A DNA stretch of 63,988 bases, filler included, from Rhizaria sp. SCN 62-66 (GCA_001724265.1; 3 parts of 3 records of this genome joined end to end with filler, not necessarily neighbours in it), one strand, 5' to 3'. Shown: positions 12,287 through 26,302, counted from the first letter of the whole stretch. A program made the numbers and translations. The notes: generated by a model not told the origin, from the sequence alone.

Positions 12287-12872
12287 GGAAACAAGTGACT
12301 GTGTGTAAGAATCAAAACAAACTAAGCCGCCAGCAACAACATGTTGGAGGCAACTGATATAGTCATATGTACATTGTTCTAGTCTTTGTTTTTAAAATAA
12401 AAAGATTATAAAGTTGATTATATATGTATTTACGATATAATATTAAAAATATAACTATTCTAACACTTGAAGAAAATGAGAAAAACCACAAAAGAAAGTC
12501 GACTCACACGAACGAAGAGAAAAACAAAAACGACTGTCAACAATTGTCAACATTGAAAACATACGAAAAAGATACAAGGAGATGCACCACTGCTGAGATA
12601 TTGCATGTACATTGTAGAATAAGAGAAACATAGACTGCAGATAACCATATGTAAGTTCAATAAGCACTCAAGCAAAGCAGGATCATCATCGAGTCTCATT
12701 TAAAATTCATCGTGCTGTCATAAGCTCGCTTACGCGCATGTTGCACTCATATAGCCAAGTACTTCAACACTGTACGTACAGTGTGAATGTAAGTACCTTC
12801 CTTGAACAGACTATAGTCCGCTCTGCGCTCTAAGAACCCCCCTTATCCGGATCTAAGTGTCATCACAGCCGC

Positions 12873-14928
12873 TTACATGCCGCGGCGCTCATGCAAGTCC
12901 CCGTCCTCGCCACCGCCCAGGAGCCCGAGGCCTTCCTCGTGTTCAGGATCGTGCTCATCGCCGTCGTCGTCGTTGCCGCCGCTGCTGCCGCCGGCGAGCA
13001 GCACGGTTTCTTCGTCTTCGCCGGCGCCGCCCGCGCTGTACGACACGGACGCGGTGCGCGAGACAGAGGGCTCGAGCCCGGCCTCGTCGTCGTCGTCCAA
13101 GTGCTCGACGTCCTGGCCCTCAACCGACTTGACGCGCGCGGCGCCTCTGCCGCCGCCTCTGCCGCCCGTGGCGACGTAGACGGAGCCGGAGTCGTAGGCC
13201 TGCATCTGCTCCACGTTGTCAAACATGGGGCGGGTCTTTGTCTCGTAGGGCAGGAAGAAGCATAACGCGCCGGTGATGGTGGACATGATGGCGTAGATCA
13301 GCCCCGCCGTGGTCTTGTCGAGCCCGGTCGCAATAAACGAGGTGATGAACCCGCTGATGCGCGAGAAGGCCGAGTTGAAGCCCAGGCCCGTGGAGCGGGC
13401 GACAGTGGGGTACACCTCCGAGGTGTAGATGTACGTCACCGTGAAGGCCGAGGAAGAACACATGCGGGACACACAGAGGCACACCAGCACCACGGTGTCG
13501 TCGGGCACGAAAGCCAGCACGAAGAGGAAAACAGCCGACAGCAGCAGCAGCAGCCCGATGGTGGCCTTGCGGCCGATCGTGTCGAGCGTGAGCATTGGCA
13601 GGAAGATACCGGGCACTTCGGCGGCGGTCGTGATGAGTGCGGCCGTAAAGAGCGAGCTCGACTGGAAGAACTTGGGCGTGATGAACGCACCGCCGTAGTA
13701 GGTGAACGTGTCGGTGGACCAGACGAGCGCCATGATGAGCGTAGTGGTGAGCAGCGCGGGGTGGAAGAGCGTCGTGAACGACGACCGGTTGTGGTCATAC
13801 TCGGCCTCAAGCACGAGTTCCGTACCTTCGGGGTACTCCTTGCCATTAGCGCGGGCGACGTCGCGCAGCGTCTGCGCGGCCTCGTCAACGCGGCCGTGCA
13901 CCATGAGGTAGCGCGGGGACTCTGGCAGGCAGAAATAGAAGGTCGCGGTGATGAAGGGCAGGATGGCGGAGACGACCATGAGGTGGCGCCATCCGTCGGA
14001 CGAGGCGGGGATGAGCCACCACGCAAGCAGGGCCTCTGTGAAAGCGCCGATGGTCCAGAAGATCTGGTTCAGCAGCAGCATGGTGCCGCGGGAGTCCGAG
14101 GGCGTGAATTCCTGCCACAGCGTGTAGGCCGTGTGGGAGCCGCCGAAGCCGAATCCGACGAAGAAGCGGAAAATGAGAAACGAGACCAGGCTGTGGCTCG
14201 CCGCAGAGGCCATGCCGAACACACCGACAAAGAGCGACGTAATGAGGTAGCAGATGCGGCGGCCGAACTTGTCAGAGACGATGCCCCAAAAGAAAGCACC
14301 GACGAACATACCGATGAAGACGATGCCAGACATGATGCCGTCGGTCCCCGCGGAGAGGTTGAACGCAAGCCTGAAAGGGGGTTAACACACAGAAAATCGT
14401 CGGAAATGATTGGGAGTAAGTCATCGAATGTGTTTGCAAGCAGAAAACAATTGAGACATTGTGATATCACGCGGTTTCGGTGACGTACTTGAGCTCGCGG
14501 AAGAGGAATTCGAGCATCATGATTTCCATGGCGTCGGCGGTCCAGCAAAGACCGCAGAGGAAGAACATCTTAACCTGGTACTTGCCCAGGCCAAAGCGGT
14601 CGATCAGCTCGTCCACCGTCGCTTGCGGACGCTAAGGAGCAGGAGAGAGTCGGTGCGAAAAGAAGAGAGAGAAGAGGTGAGTGTGAGTTGCGTCATTGCA
14701 GAAGCAAGGTGTATCAGGAGAGACAAAGCAACGATGCAAGAGCAAAATAACTCGGGATAGGTTTAATACACCGCTAAAAACTCGGCGGGCGACTGTGTGA
14801 TGTCGATGACCATAGCAACTTGAGACAAAGCGTGAAGACTAGGGTGTCGGGCAACAGCGAGACATGATTGAGTTAAAGGCGGGTAGGAAACGTACGCGGG
14901 AGATCGACAAAGGAGCGCCCACGTCCAT
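12873..14928 (-). CDS. MFS transporter, SV2/SVOP-like, ~557 aa; exons 14928-14896, 14631-14489, 14370-12873
   Basis: TVDELIDRFGLGKYQ...WTADAMEIMML (SVOP-type N-terminus), GIVSDKFGRR (motif A), PESPRYL, DTIGRK, EVYPTVARSTG, PYETK. Both introns have GTACGT donors. The small first exon is less certain. TAA stop. Confidence 0.88.
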
Positions 14929-15879
14929 TGTGGGTCTGCGCAGGAGAAACAATAGATATTGCAATGTACGTTGGCAGCAAAGACATGAGGTGATGATGTG
15001 AGAGAATGGTGGGCCAGGGGGTGATATCAACAAGGGAAGTGGCGAGGCGAAAGGAGGACAGTGGCCTTGGGGAGCGAGCTCGTTATGAGTCGCACATCAC
15101 TTTTGCGGCAGATTCAAAATAGGAAATACGTGTTAACAGTTCTCAACGCTGTGACAAACAAGGTTTCTTCACAAACAGACGGGCGTGGACCGACTTCTAG
15201 GCCTTACAAGTTTGCCTTCGTCAACCGACCGTGAGCGAGCCGGTCAGTCAGACCGAATCGCCGTATAAGTAATCCTTTTAGTTCCAGGTGATAGAAGCAA
15301 ATGTAAGACGGAAGTGAAATTGTTGCGAATGTTACATAAAAGCAGCTTTATGGTGGGTCTTACATGACAAAAATAATAATGGGGTGGTAGTTTAAATTAT
15401 TAGACTCAACGTGAAGTCTTGGATATCACGCCTCTGGGCTGCAACGAACAGCATGAGTACGTTAGATACTTAACTAAGAGAGGACGAGGGATAGTGTGGG
15501 TGTGTAGTGTCCGTGTGTTTGTGTGTGTGAGTTTGTGTTAACAACGACGAGCTATAACGGAACACTTGACATGGCCCATGTTATAAAACGTGTGACTGAG
15601 AAGACTGACTACGTGCGCAAAACACAGACAGAAAACAGAAGTAGAACCAGAAACAAGACACAGAGAAACAAGAAGCAAAAGCAAAACAAAAAGAAGAGAA
15701 TTACATGATATAGTGCACTGGGCGTACACGCGCACGTAGATATAAAAGCGAGGAAAACAAATGATTTAATCGAGTGGACAAGCTTAGCGCCACCTAAATT
15801 ACATGTACAGAAGCAGAGGAACAAACAGATAAGAAAAAGAAATTCGGATGATCAAAAGGCGTGTCATGATAAATTAACA

Positions 15880-18800
15880 TTAGAGGCTGCGCAATTGGAA
15901 CATCGTAGGGTGAATAGGCTCAACAAGGCCTCCGTTGTTCACACCACTCACGGCACCGCAACCAGTGGTACTACCGTCGCAGTCGTGAAAGGTGCTGTTG
16001 TGGCTATTAGTGAAGCGATTGCTCTTAGCAAGCGCGACCGCCGCAGCGCTGGCGACTGGCTCCAGCGCCGCAACGCCGGCGCCTGCAAGCACGCGGCCCG
16101 CGGCGGCCGCGGCGCGCAGCGGCGGCAGCTCCCAGTAGCCCTGGTTGACGGCCTGAGTCGTGGTGACGAAGAAGAAGGGCGCGCAGCACGCCGCGGCGCC
16201 CGACACAGCCGGATTGACCGCAGACGCGAGCGCAAAGTTGGCGCTCGCCTGTGCGCGCTGCTGTTGCGACGCAAGGTTGGTGCTACCGCTCGTGTTGCTC
16301 GCCGCGGGCGTTGCACTGCCGGGGACAAGGCCGCGAACAGGCGCAGTCCCAGCCGTTGGCGCAGAGGCGACAGTGTTTGTCGCGGTCATCGTCGTCGTTG
16401 TTGTGGAGGTGGTGGTGGTGGCGACAGCAGACGCAACTGCGCCAGCAGCGGCGTTAGCGGTGCCGCGCGCGAGGACGGCGGCCGCGGACGTGCTGACTCT
16501 GCTCGCCGTGCCGTCGTCGCCGTCATCGACGTCATCGAGGTCGTCGTGCGGGCCGCTGCTGTGCGGCAAGTGGATAATCCCGGTCTTGTGGCCGGCGCCA
16601 ACCTTCGCGCCGGTCGCACTCGCCGCCTTGGAGCCCGCATTCGCGCTCGAACTGCCGGAGCCAGCGTTGGGCACCGGGGCGAAGAGAGTGGACGTGCTGG
16701 CGCTGCTCAGGTGCATCAAGTGGCCGTGGCCGTGGCCGTGGCCGGTTTGGGGACCGAGCGCGCGCGCGCTGGGGCCGTGGCGCGGCATCGCGTCGCCGAC
16801 CGAGCTGTTCCGGCTGTCGGGGTCACCGCGGCTGCGGCTATGGCTGTGGCTCTGGCCACCGCGGGGGTTCGCGCGGTCGCTGTCGCTCTCGCTGTCGCTG
16901 TCGCCGCCGGCGCCGTGCCGCAGGCTCGCGGTGTTCACGTCGGCCTCGCCGTCGCTGACGCTGTGGCTGCGCGTGAGACTCAGGCTGTTGCCGCCGGCGT
17001 CGCCGCGGCTCAGCAGCGGCGGCTGGCGCGGCAGGTGGGACTGGTATGGCGACTGCGTCGGCAGCTGTTGCTGCGACTGCTGCTGCAGCAGCTGCTGCTG
17101 TTGCTGCGAGTACGAGTGCGACTGCGTGTTGCCCGTGACGTCGGCCAGGAGGTCGGCCATCGACCGCGGACCGCCAAGGCCCTTGCCCGCGCTGCTGGGC
17201 GTGTTCCGGCTGTTCTGCCGGCTGTGTCCGAGGCTCGACTTGACCGGCGTAGCCTTGGCGCTGTAGGTGCCGCCGGCGTGGGCGCCGGGGGTCGCGCGCC
17301 CGCTGCAGTTGCCAGTCACGGTGTTGTAGGTGTCACTGTTGTTGTGGTGCAGCATCGTGCTCGCGCCCGCATTCGCTACTGTCCGGGAGGAGTTGAGAGG
17401 ACCCTGGTGGTGGTGGTGGACGTCGTCGTCGTCGTCGTCGTCGGCGGCGCACGCGCCGTGATCACTGACATCGTCGGTGTCGTCGCCGTTGTTGATGTTG
17501 TTGATCTTGCCGAAGTTGATAATGTTATTGTTGCTGCTGTTGTTGCCGCTCGCAAAGCCTGCATTGTCGCCGAGCCCGGTGCCGCAATGTTCTCTGTACA
17601 GATTGCCCGCATCGTCGCCGTTGTCGCCGCTAAGCATCGTCGTCAGCGTCGGCGGCGGCGGCAGCCCCAGCGCGAGGCTGTGTGTCACGCGCCTCGGCGA
17701 GCCCTGCGGCGAACTGCGCAGCGACGCGCTGCCGGGCCGCGACGCGGAGCCGGAGCCCGTGCGTGAGTGCGAGCTCTTAGTGTTGGGAATAACAACGCCA
17801 GGGACTGGAACTGGAGCGCTGACGACGCTGCCGTCGTTTGCATTCGCGCTTGCGCTGGCGCTTGTGTTGGTGTTGATCGAGGTGGGGACCGTCGCCCGCG
17901 CGCGCGCGCTGCTGGTGCCGTTGGCAGCGGGGTTCGTGCTGCTGTTGCCGCTGCTGCTGTAGCCGAAACCAAGGAGGTTGTTGCTGTTGCCGCTGCTGTT
18001 GCTGCCGATCGGGTTGCTGCTGTCGGGCTCGATGAGCAGCGTCTCGACGTCGCCGACCACGGCGCCCGCGACGGACGTCAGCCCGTTGCTGCTGGCGACC
18101 GTCGTGCTCGCGTTGCCGGAACTCACGCTGGCAGCGCTGGCGTTGCTGTTGACGGTGTTGAGCAGAGAGGCTGGTGACCGCAACGACCGCAGCGCGGGCG
18201 GCGCGGGGGAGCGGCGGCGAGACGGGGGCACAGCAGACGCGGAGCCAGAGCCGACCCCAAAGGTACCGCCGGCAGGACCCGCAGCCGCAGAAGTGCCGTT
18301 GACGGCCCAGTCGCTGGTGCTGGTATGAGCGCTCCCGTGGCCGTGGCCGTGGCCGGCACTGCGGCCGCTGAGACTGTGGGCGAGCCCTGGCGGCCCCGGG
18401 CCCAGCTGCTGCTGCGGGGAGGTGAAGCTAGCGCCGTGCTGGTGGGGATTGTTGTGGACGCCGCTGAGACCGACGATGGACGGCGGCGGCGACGCGCACG
18501 GAGTCTCGTACCCCACAGCGCCGCGGCCGCCCTGGACATTCACAGCCAGACTGGCGACCGGAGCGACCACCAACGCGCTGCCGCTGCCGCTAGCGAACTG
18601 CGCGGCGGCCGAGTGCGCCGCGACGGGCAGGTGCTGCGGCGGCGCGGCGCCGGCGTAGCGGCGGGCGTGCTCCTGACTGTGCGCGCTGGTGTTGAGCGTG
18701 ATGTTGGTGTTGCTGCCGCTGCCGCTGTAGATGGGCGGCGAAAGCACTCTCGCGGCGGCGAACGGCGTCGTCGTCCGGCTCAGAGCGACCGGCGTCGCCG

Positions 18801-21798
18801 CTGTCGCAGTCGAGGTAGTGGCGACGGGGGCCGCGACCGCACCGGCGCTGGTCGGGGTGCCCTGGCCCTGCGAGGCGAGCGTCGGGAAAAGACCGGCACC
18901 GGTGGTAGCACTGGCGCTGCCGCGGCTGAGCGCATGGACGCCATTCGAGAGCGCGTTGTTGTACGCGGACGAGTTGGGCGGCGGCGCCGGCGCAAGTGAC
19001 GAGGCTGAAGAGAGAGGCCGGGCGAGGCCGCGGCCCAGCAGCAGCGCCCTTTGCTGCTGCTGCTGGAACTGCGAGCCACTGAAGCCGTTGGTGCTGCCAT
19101 TCGGGGGCATGGGCGACAGCGAGCGCGGATGCGACTGTTGCGGGAACAGCGACAGAAGCGCCCCCGAGCTCGCGCTCGCGCCGAGACTGGTGACCCCGCT
19201 AGTGACGCCGCTAGGAGCGCCAGCAGCGGCCTCGGCCTCGAGTGTCGCGTTGAAGCGCAGCGTGGCGGCCGCGAGCGCGACCTGGAGCGTGGTGTCGACG
19301 ACGGCCTCCTGCTCCGCCAGTCCGGCAACGCCTGCTGCCAGCAGCAGCGCGACGGCGTCGGCGTCGCAGTGTGCCGCGGGCGCCAGCGCCGTGATCGACA
19401 GCGGCGGCGCCAGCGCGGGCGCGTCGCGCGCCAGCGTCGCCGTGATGTAGGCGCAGAAGGTGAGCAGGTCGCTGAAGGGAAGCGCCGGCAGCTGCGGCAG
19501 CGACGGCGCCAACGCCGTGGTCGTCGTCGTCGTCATGGTTACAGACGTGGTGACAGTCGTCGTCGTCGTCGTGCTGAGAGACGCGACTTGCTGCGGCGGC
19601 GTCTGAGACTCCAGCGGCAGCGTGCGCGCTATGGGCACGGGGCTGATCTGACTGAGGCTGTAGCTGGCATCTAACGGCAACATGCGGGACAGAGGCACGG
19701 GGCTGATAGCAGCGGCGGAAACATGCACAGTTGCTGCGTTGGTCGTCGAATTGAACGAGCTCGCAGCAGTTGCGTTGTTGTTGGCGCCAACAGGGACGCC
19801 CCAGCCCGCGACGGCAGTGTGGCTCGCGTTGGCGTTATGCGCAGCGGAGTTGCTGGCGTACATGTTACCGCTGTTGGTGTGGAAAAGGAGCGGACCAGGT
19901 GTGCCCGGTGACACAGGCGACACGATACCAGCGGCGACAGGAGCAGCAGCATTAGCAGCAGCGTTAGTGTTGAAATTGGAGATCGAGCTCGCGCTGCCGT
20001 TCATGTTGTGCGTCGAGCTGCTGTTGTTGTTGGGCAGCGGCGACAGCGGCAGTTGGCGGCTTAGAGCTGACTGCGGCCGCAGCACCGGCGGCTGCTGCTG
20101 CGGCATCTGGCTCGAGCTGTTGTTATTATACCAGAACTGGCCGCTGGCTGCGGGAGCCTGGACAAGCGCAGCAGTCGGGCTCAGAGCGCCCGCGGCCACA
20201 GAGCTTGCGCTGGAACCGGCGTTGTTGTTATTGTGGATGAAGACGGGGGCGCGGCGCGTGTACAGCGCCGTCGTAGTGCTGAGAAAAACGACGCTCCACT
20301 GCAGACTCGCCGGCGCACAGTCGCAGCACACGCACATGCTGCTCTGGCCGTTCAGGGGGTTACTGGTCGCGCCGGGACCGTTCACGCCGCTCACAGTGAC
20401 TGCGGTCGCAGCAGCAGCAGCGGCGGAAATGCGGGTGGGGCAGTCGGCGGCCTTGGGCGGCAGCAGCAGCGCCGCGGCGGCCTCGAGCGAGGGCGCGTAG
20501 TCGGCCTCCACGCCCAGCTTCGCGAGCGCCAAGTGGAGGATCTGCATCACGACGCGCGAGGGCTCGACGACGAGCACGCGGCGCGGGGGCGCGCGGGGGA
20601 TCACGCCGCGCCGCATCAGCCGCGCCGCCCCCGCGCTCGCGCTCACGGGCGCGTGTGACTGCTGCTGCATACCGGAGCCAGGGGCGGGGCTCAGCACGCG
20701 GGAGCCCGGGCCGCCCTGACCGAGCAGGTGGCCGCCGGGGGACTGCAAGTCGGCGTCGTAGTAGCCGCCGCCGATGACGCTGCCGCCGCCCGCGGCGTTG
20801 GCGCCGCCGAAGGCGTTGAAGGAGAACGGGACGGGCGTGCCGTGGCGAGAGAGCGCGCGCGACGCCAGCGGGGCCGTCGACGTCGGACGCTGCGGCGGCT
20901 GCTGTTGCTGCGGCAGCACCGGCGACTGCGACGGCGCCTGCTGCTGCAGCTGCAGCGGCTGCTGTTGCTGGGGCACAGGGGCGCCGGCCACGGGGTCGAC
21001 GCCCTGAGAGCTGGCGTGTTGGGCGGGGTTGGTGCTAGTGTTGCTGTGCGTACTGTTGCTGTTGTGCAGATACAGCCCGTGGTTGGCGCGGTGACCGGAC
21101 GAAAACGCCCTGCCCAGCGCCAGTGCGTTGCCAGCGGCGCTGCTATTGGCGCCAGCAGCCCCGCCGGCGGCAGCGCTCGCAGCGAGGTTGTGATTGTTGG
21201 GGTTGTGGACGTGTTCGTTGTCGCACGTCGTCGAGTCCGCGAGCGATTCAAGTCCAGCGGCGACGACCGCGGCCGAGACGGACGCAGAGGCCGCGCCCTT
21301 GGCGGCGACCGCGACGACGCCGGTGCCCGCGCCGCCGGGGTGCGCGCCCCACACGCCCGCGCTCGACTGGCGGTTCTGAGACTGCGAATGCGACTGCGAT
21401 TGGCTGTGGGCTTGGCTGTGTGCCGGGTCAGCCGGGATGGGGATCCCGTCGATGTCGTCGACCAGAGCCACGGAGCCGCCGTAGACGCTGTGCGCACCGG
21501 TGCTGCCGAAGTAGGGAGCGGGGGACTGCGAGGCAACTGGCTGTTGCTGCTGCTGATGCTGTTGCAACAGCTGCTGCAGATGCAGTTGCTGGAGCGAGTT
21601 CGTGGAGCTCGTTCGTCCCAGTGACCCGTTGGCAGCATTCGCAGCAGCGCCAGTTGTCGCGACGTTTGCGCCTGGAACAAGGGTGCCCGTGTCAGAGCCC
21701 GCGTTGCTCGCGGTAGCAGCGTTGCCGTTGTTGGCCAGCATGGAAATCAACGCGGGGCCGGAGCTCGTTCTCGATGACAGCGGCATCTCCAGCCTGCC

Positions 21799-21831
<33 letters not shown>

Positions 21832-24800
21832 GAGCTGGAGCTGCTGCTCCTTGAGGTGGTCGTTGTGCTGCCGCAGCTGCTCTTGGATCAGCAGCGACTG
21901 GTGCTTCGTCAGGCTGCTGTGGCCGCGGCCGCGCGGAGACAGCACCGCGACGGCGCTGCCGCTGCCGCCCGCGCCGCTGCCGCTGATCGACAGCGGCAGG
22001 ACGGGGCTCCCGCGCGCCCCTGAGACCGCTCTCAGCCCCGAGATGGCGCCGCTGGGGCCGCCGGCGCCGCTGGCGGCGGTGGGCGAGTGGGTCTTGGAAG
22101 AGCTCGAGCCAGCGCCAGTACCAGAGCCAGTACCAGCGGCGGCAGCGGCGGTGGCGGCGGCGGCGGCGGCGAGCGCGGTCGCGTCGTTCTTGACGAGGCT
22201 GCTGCGCGCGCTGTTAGTCGGCGACAGCACCGCGCCCGAGCTGCTGCGGCGCTGCACGAGGCGCGTCGCGGCGGCCGTGGCGGCCGCAGCGGCCTCGGGC
22301 GAGCCCGCGAGCTGCGCGTGGTAGTGCGGCGACGCCGGGGCGCCGACATTCACGTGCAGTCCGCTGCCGCCCACGCCGGTGTTGAGCAGGCGGTTCGTGG
22401 GGCTGATGGTGGCGGCGTTGAGGCCGCTGCTGCTGCGCGGCGTCAGCGACATCATCAGCGGCGGCAACATCGCAGACGAAGACGATGACGATGACGACGA
22501 TGAAGACGACGACGACGATGATGACGATGACACGGCACCGCCACCAGCGGCCGAGGCAGCGGCGGCGGCAGCGGCGGCGGAAGAGGGCGAGACGAGGAGG
22601 CCCGTGCTGTGGGTGCGGCGGTGACCGATGGACACGCACGCGCCGGTGCCCATGACCGCAGCGGCGGCAGCGGCGGCGGCCGCGGCGGTCGCGGCGGCGG
22701 CGGCCGCGGTGGCGGCGGTGGGCGACTGCGAGGGGGACTCGGACTGCGCCTCTGATGGCGACGGCGACGGCGTCAGCGACAGGTGAGTCAACGCATGTGC
22801 GTGTGTTGGCGGCGTCGGCGTCTGCTGCTGCTGCAGCTGATGGTCTTGGCTGGACTGCAGCAGAGTTGCAGGTTCGCCCGCGCCCGTGCTGTTAGCGGCA
22901 TTGCAGCCGTCTTTGTTGTTGCTGTTGGGCGAGTGGTTCGCCGTCGTCGCAGCAGCAGCGCCGGCGTTGGAAGCGCCCGAGCGCAGCAGCGAGCGGCCGC
23001 TGGCGCTGCTGCTGCTGCTGTAGAGGTGCGGCTCACCGTGACCGTGACCGTGCGCATGGCCGTGCACGCTCGGGTTGAAACTGCTCGGGTTGCCGCCGCC
23101 GCCGATGACGATGTTGTTGCTCAAACTGCCGTGCGCGTTGGCGCTGGCAGCAAGGTTGGTGTTGATGTTGCCGACGTGGAGAAACGCGCGCGAGGACCGG
23201 CGCGAAAGCGCTACGAGCATGGGGGAGTTGTTGTTGGAGCCGCGCGCGCTGCTGCCGCCGGTGACGCTGCCGCCGCTGCTGAAGTAGTTTGTGGTTTGTT
23301 GTTGATGGATGGGATAGTGCTGGCTATTAGGACTGATGTTTTGAGGGTTATTGGGGTTATTATTGTTGCTGTTGTTATTAATGTTCGGATTTGGGGTTGT
23401 CGTGGCACTTTGACTGGAGTCTAGGGGGCCGGCCACGGGCGTCAAAGTGGGATCTAAGGGGGGCAGCGTCAGCGCCTTGTCGAACCGACTGAGCCACTCG
23501 CTCACCGGGTCAGTCACAGCCGCAGCAGTCGCAGTGACGCTCGTGACAGGGATAAGTGTGCCTTGCGATCCCGCGCAAGCGCTTGAGTGGGCGCTCGAGT
23601 TGGACTGGTGCGAGGCCGCTGCGGTGGGCGCGCTCGGCCCGTACGCAGCGCCCGAGAACGAGGTGACGCGCTCCGACTGCGGGCGCTGCTGAGCACTCCC
23701 CGCGGCGGCGTGGCTGAGACTGTGTGCGTTAAGAGCGGCCAGCGCCGCGCCCAGGGGCAGGTCACGGGTGGGACAGGCGGCGCGTAGCACCGGCGACGGC
23801 GGGCCGCGCGGCGCCGCTGCCTGCACCGCCACAGCGTGCCCAGTCCCCGTTGCAGTGGCGGCGGTGGCGGCAGCGGCAGAGCCGGGCTGAGTGGAGTCCG
23901 CGGCCGCCGGGGATGTGACCCCAGAGGAGGACGTGGCGGCGGTCGGGGTGCTTACGGAGGGCGACAGCGCCAGCGCCAGCGCCAGCGGCAGCGGCAGCGG
24001 CAGCGGCAGCGGCAGCGGCAGCTGCACGGGCGACGGCGGCAGCGCACCACCACTCGCGCTCGCGCTTACAGTCGCATTCGCCGTCGCAGCGGCGCCGGCG
24101 GCAGCAGTGGCGGCGGTCGTGTTGCTGGTGCTGGTTTGGGAGCTGACGCTGGCGCGGCGGCCGCGGTTGCTGGGGCCCAGGCTGCCGCTCTGCGGGGGCG
24201 AAACGCCGGTGCTGGTGCCCACGGCGGCGCACGGGTGGCCTACGAAGCTGCTAAGGTTGTTCAGGTTGTTCATCGTGAGGTCAGTGTTGTGTGCGGCGCT
24301 TGCAGCAGCCGCCGTGGCGGCGGCGACGTTGACGCTGGCGCTGGAGCCGTGGCTGGGGCACGGACTGCTGCGGCCGCTGCCGCCGAGCGCAGTGTTGCTG
24401 CTAGCGCTGACTGTGCTCATCGCGCTCACCGCGTGGAGGCCCGCGTTCGAGCTCACAATGGCTGCGACATTGTTATTGTTGTTGATATTGTTGCTGTTGT
24501 TGTTGTTGTTCGGATTGTTGTTGAGTGACACCGCGCGGAGCCGCGAGAGCGAGCCCGACACCGCGCGCGCGCGCGCCTCAGAGACGCCGGCGACGGCGGG
24601 CACGGCGGCGACGGCGGCGACGGCGGCGAGGTCGTCGGCCACGTCGTCATCGCCCTGCTGCGAATGATGCTGTTGTTGCTGCTGTTGATGCTGCTGATGT
24701 TGCTGCGAGTGCATGGGGGGCTGCGCAGACACGGGCGGCGGCAGAGTAACGTGTTCGAGCTCGGCTATCCCGGCGAGTCGAGCGGCCGCAACAGCGCTCG

Positions 24801-25398
24801 CACTGGGGTTGAGAAGCTCTGTGATTTGCTCAGGAGCAGAGACCGCCGCAGGCCCCGCGTCCGTGGGAGTGCTGTTGCTGTCCGCGGCCGCAGTGGCGCC
24901 AGCTTCGCTGCTATCGTTGTTGTCCGCGCCGCCGTCAGTCGCAGGCGCAGCCACATCGTCGGTCTTAAGCACAGGTTCAGTCGTAGCATCGGTGTCGGCG
25001 TCGGTGTCAGCAGCAGACGTGGAATCTTTCGTATCAGCCTCAGCAGAGACAGGAGCCGCAACGGCAGCGGCTGGGGCGTCAACAGCAGCGTCAAGGGCAG
25101 CGATTTTGTCGTCGGTGGCAGCAGTCGCAGGCTCAGCAGCGGCATTAGCAGACGCAGTAGCCGCGCCAGCGGGGCTTTCGTCGTTCAATGTCACCACTGC
25201 GACTGGCACAGCTGCTTCCTGTTGTTCCTGCCTCTTGTTAGAGCCAGCAGGCCGGGTCACAGGAGCGCTCTCGTGAGGACCTATAGCGCTGGAGCTTTCG
25301 GTGGGGCTCTTGTTGCTCTTGCTTATCGTGTTGGCGTCGTTGTGTGGCGAAGGCGGACCGCGGCCAGCCTCGACAGGCAGGCTTGTGGTACACCCCAT
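15880..25398 (-). CDS. 3172-aa intronless, mostly disordered protein with an N-terminal acylation motif and a probable split pseudo-receiver domain
   Basis: Uninterrupted 9.5-kb ORF. Begins MGCTTS. Contains RRVLVVEPSRVVMQILHLALAKLGVEADYAPSLEAAAALL. Poly-Q/N/A/S tracts. TAA stop. Confidence 0.8.
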
Positions 25399-26154
25399 GG
25401 GACGGAGGGGAGTGCAAACTCAACAAGAACAAGAACTGGGTGTACTTATAAACGCAAAAGTATGCGTGGGCTGCGGGGGGTAAATGACAATAAAGAGTAA
25501 CGTAGAGCGAGGACAGGAGATGAGATAAGATAAGTCAGAGGAGGCATGGGGCAGAAACTTGAAGTAGGAATCGGATGCGGCGGGACGACGCAGAGGTGCA
25601 AGGAAGCCGTTGATAGGGATAAAAGCCGTAACATAAGCCACGAGAATCAACGAAAGGAAGCAGCAAAGTGCGGATAGGAGCATATGACCCGAGTACGGGC
25701 TACGCGGGGTGCCGGGCGTGGGCTAAGGTGACGTCGCGACCCACTCCTCTGGAGACGCGTCCGAAATGAGTTTTATCTTGCGTGTGTACATGGAAAATAG
25801 AAATTAAAGGCGTGCTATAGCAACAAAACAACATTAATTAGGCGCACACCAAAGTATCATTCAAAAATCGAACGCCAACTGCCGTTTGAACTGGCTTTGT
25901 GAAGTGTGGTGGGACACCAAGACGATCGTCGGTCATCAGAGCGTCTTGTCTGCCGCCGTGCGGTCGCCAAGTCACTCCAGTCGGTCCGATGGATGGACGT
26001 TGTCAACAATGATTCATTGCGCGCAAGTGCGTGAAAAGTAACAATTCAAGAACAAAGGCTGACATCAAAAGTGGTAGGATAGATGGGCGTGGTGTTGATT
26101 GAAAGACTGATTTACCCGTTATGTATTGTGTTGTGTCGATCTAGGTCAAGGCAC

Positions 26155-26302
26155 TTACTGAGCCTTGACAGAGACCTTGCGCTCAGAGAGCTTGCGCGAG
26201 AGGGAGCGCTTCTTGGCGGCGGCAGCGGCCTCCTGGGAGCGCTTGTGGACGAGCTCGTTGAACTCCTCGGACTCCTTCTTGGTCTTGGTGGAGCGGGCAA
26301 CA
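26155..26302 (-). CDS. RPS6: 40S ribosomal protein S6 (eS6), C-terminal fragment cut by the contig end
   Basis: Translates ARSTKTKKESEEFNELVHKRSQEAAAAAKKRSLSRKLSERKVSVKAQ*, resembling the basic, Ser-containing eS6 tail. Strongly biased codon usage. Confidence 0.65.
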
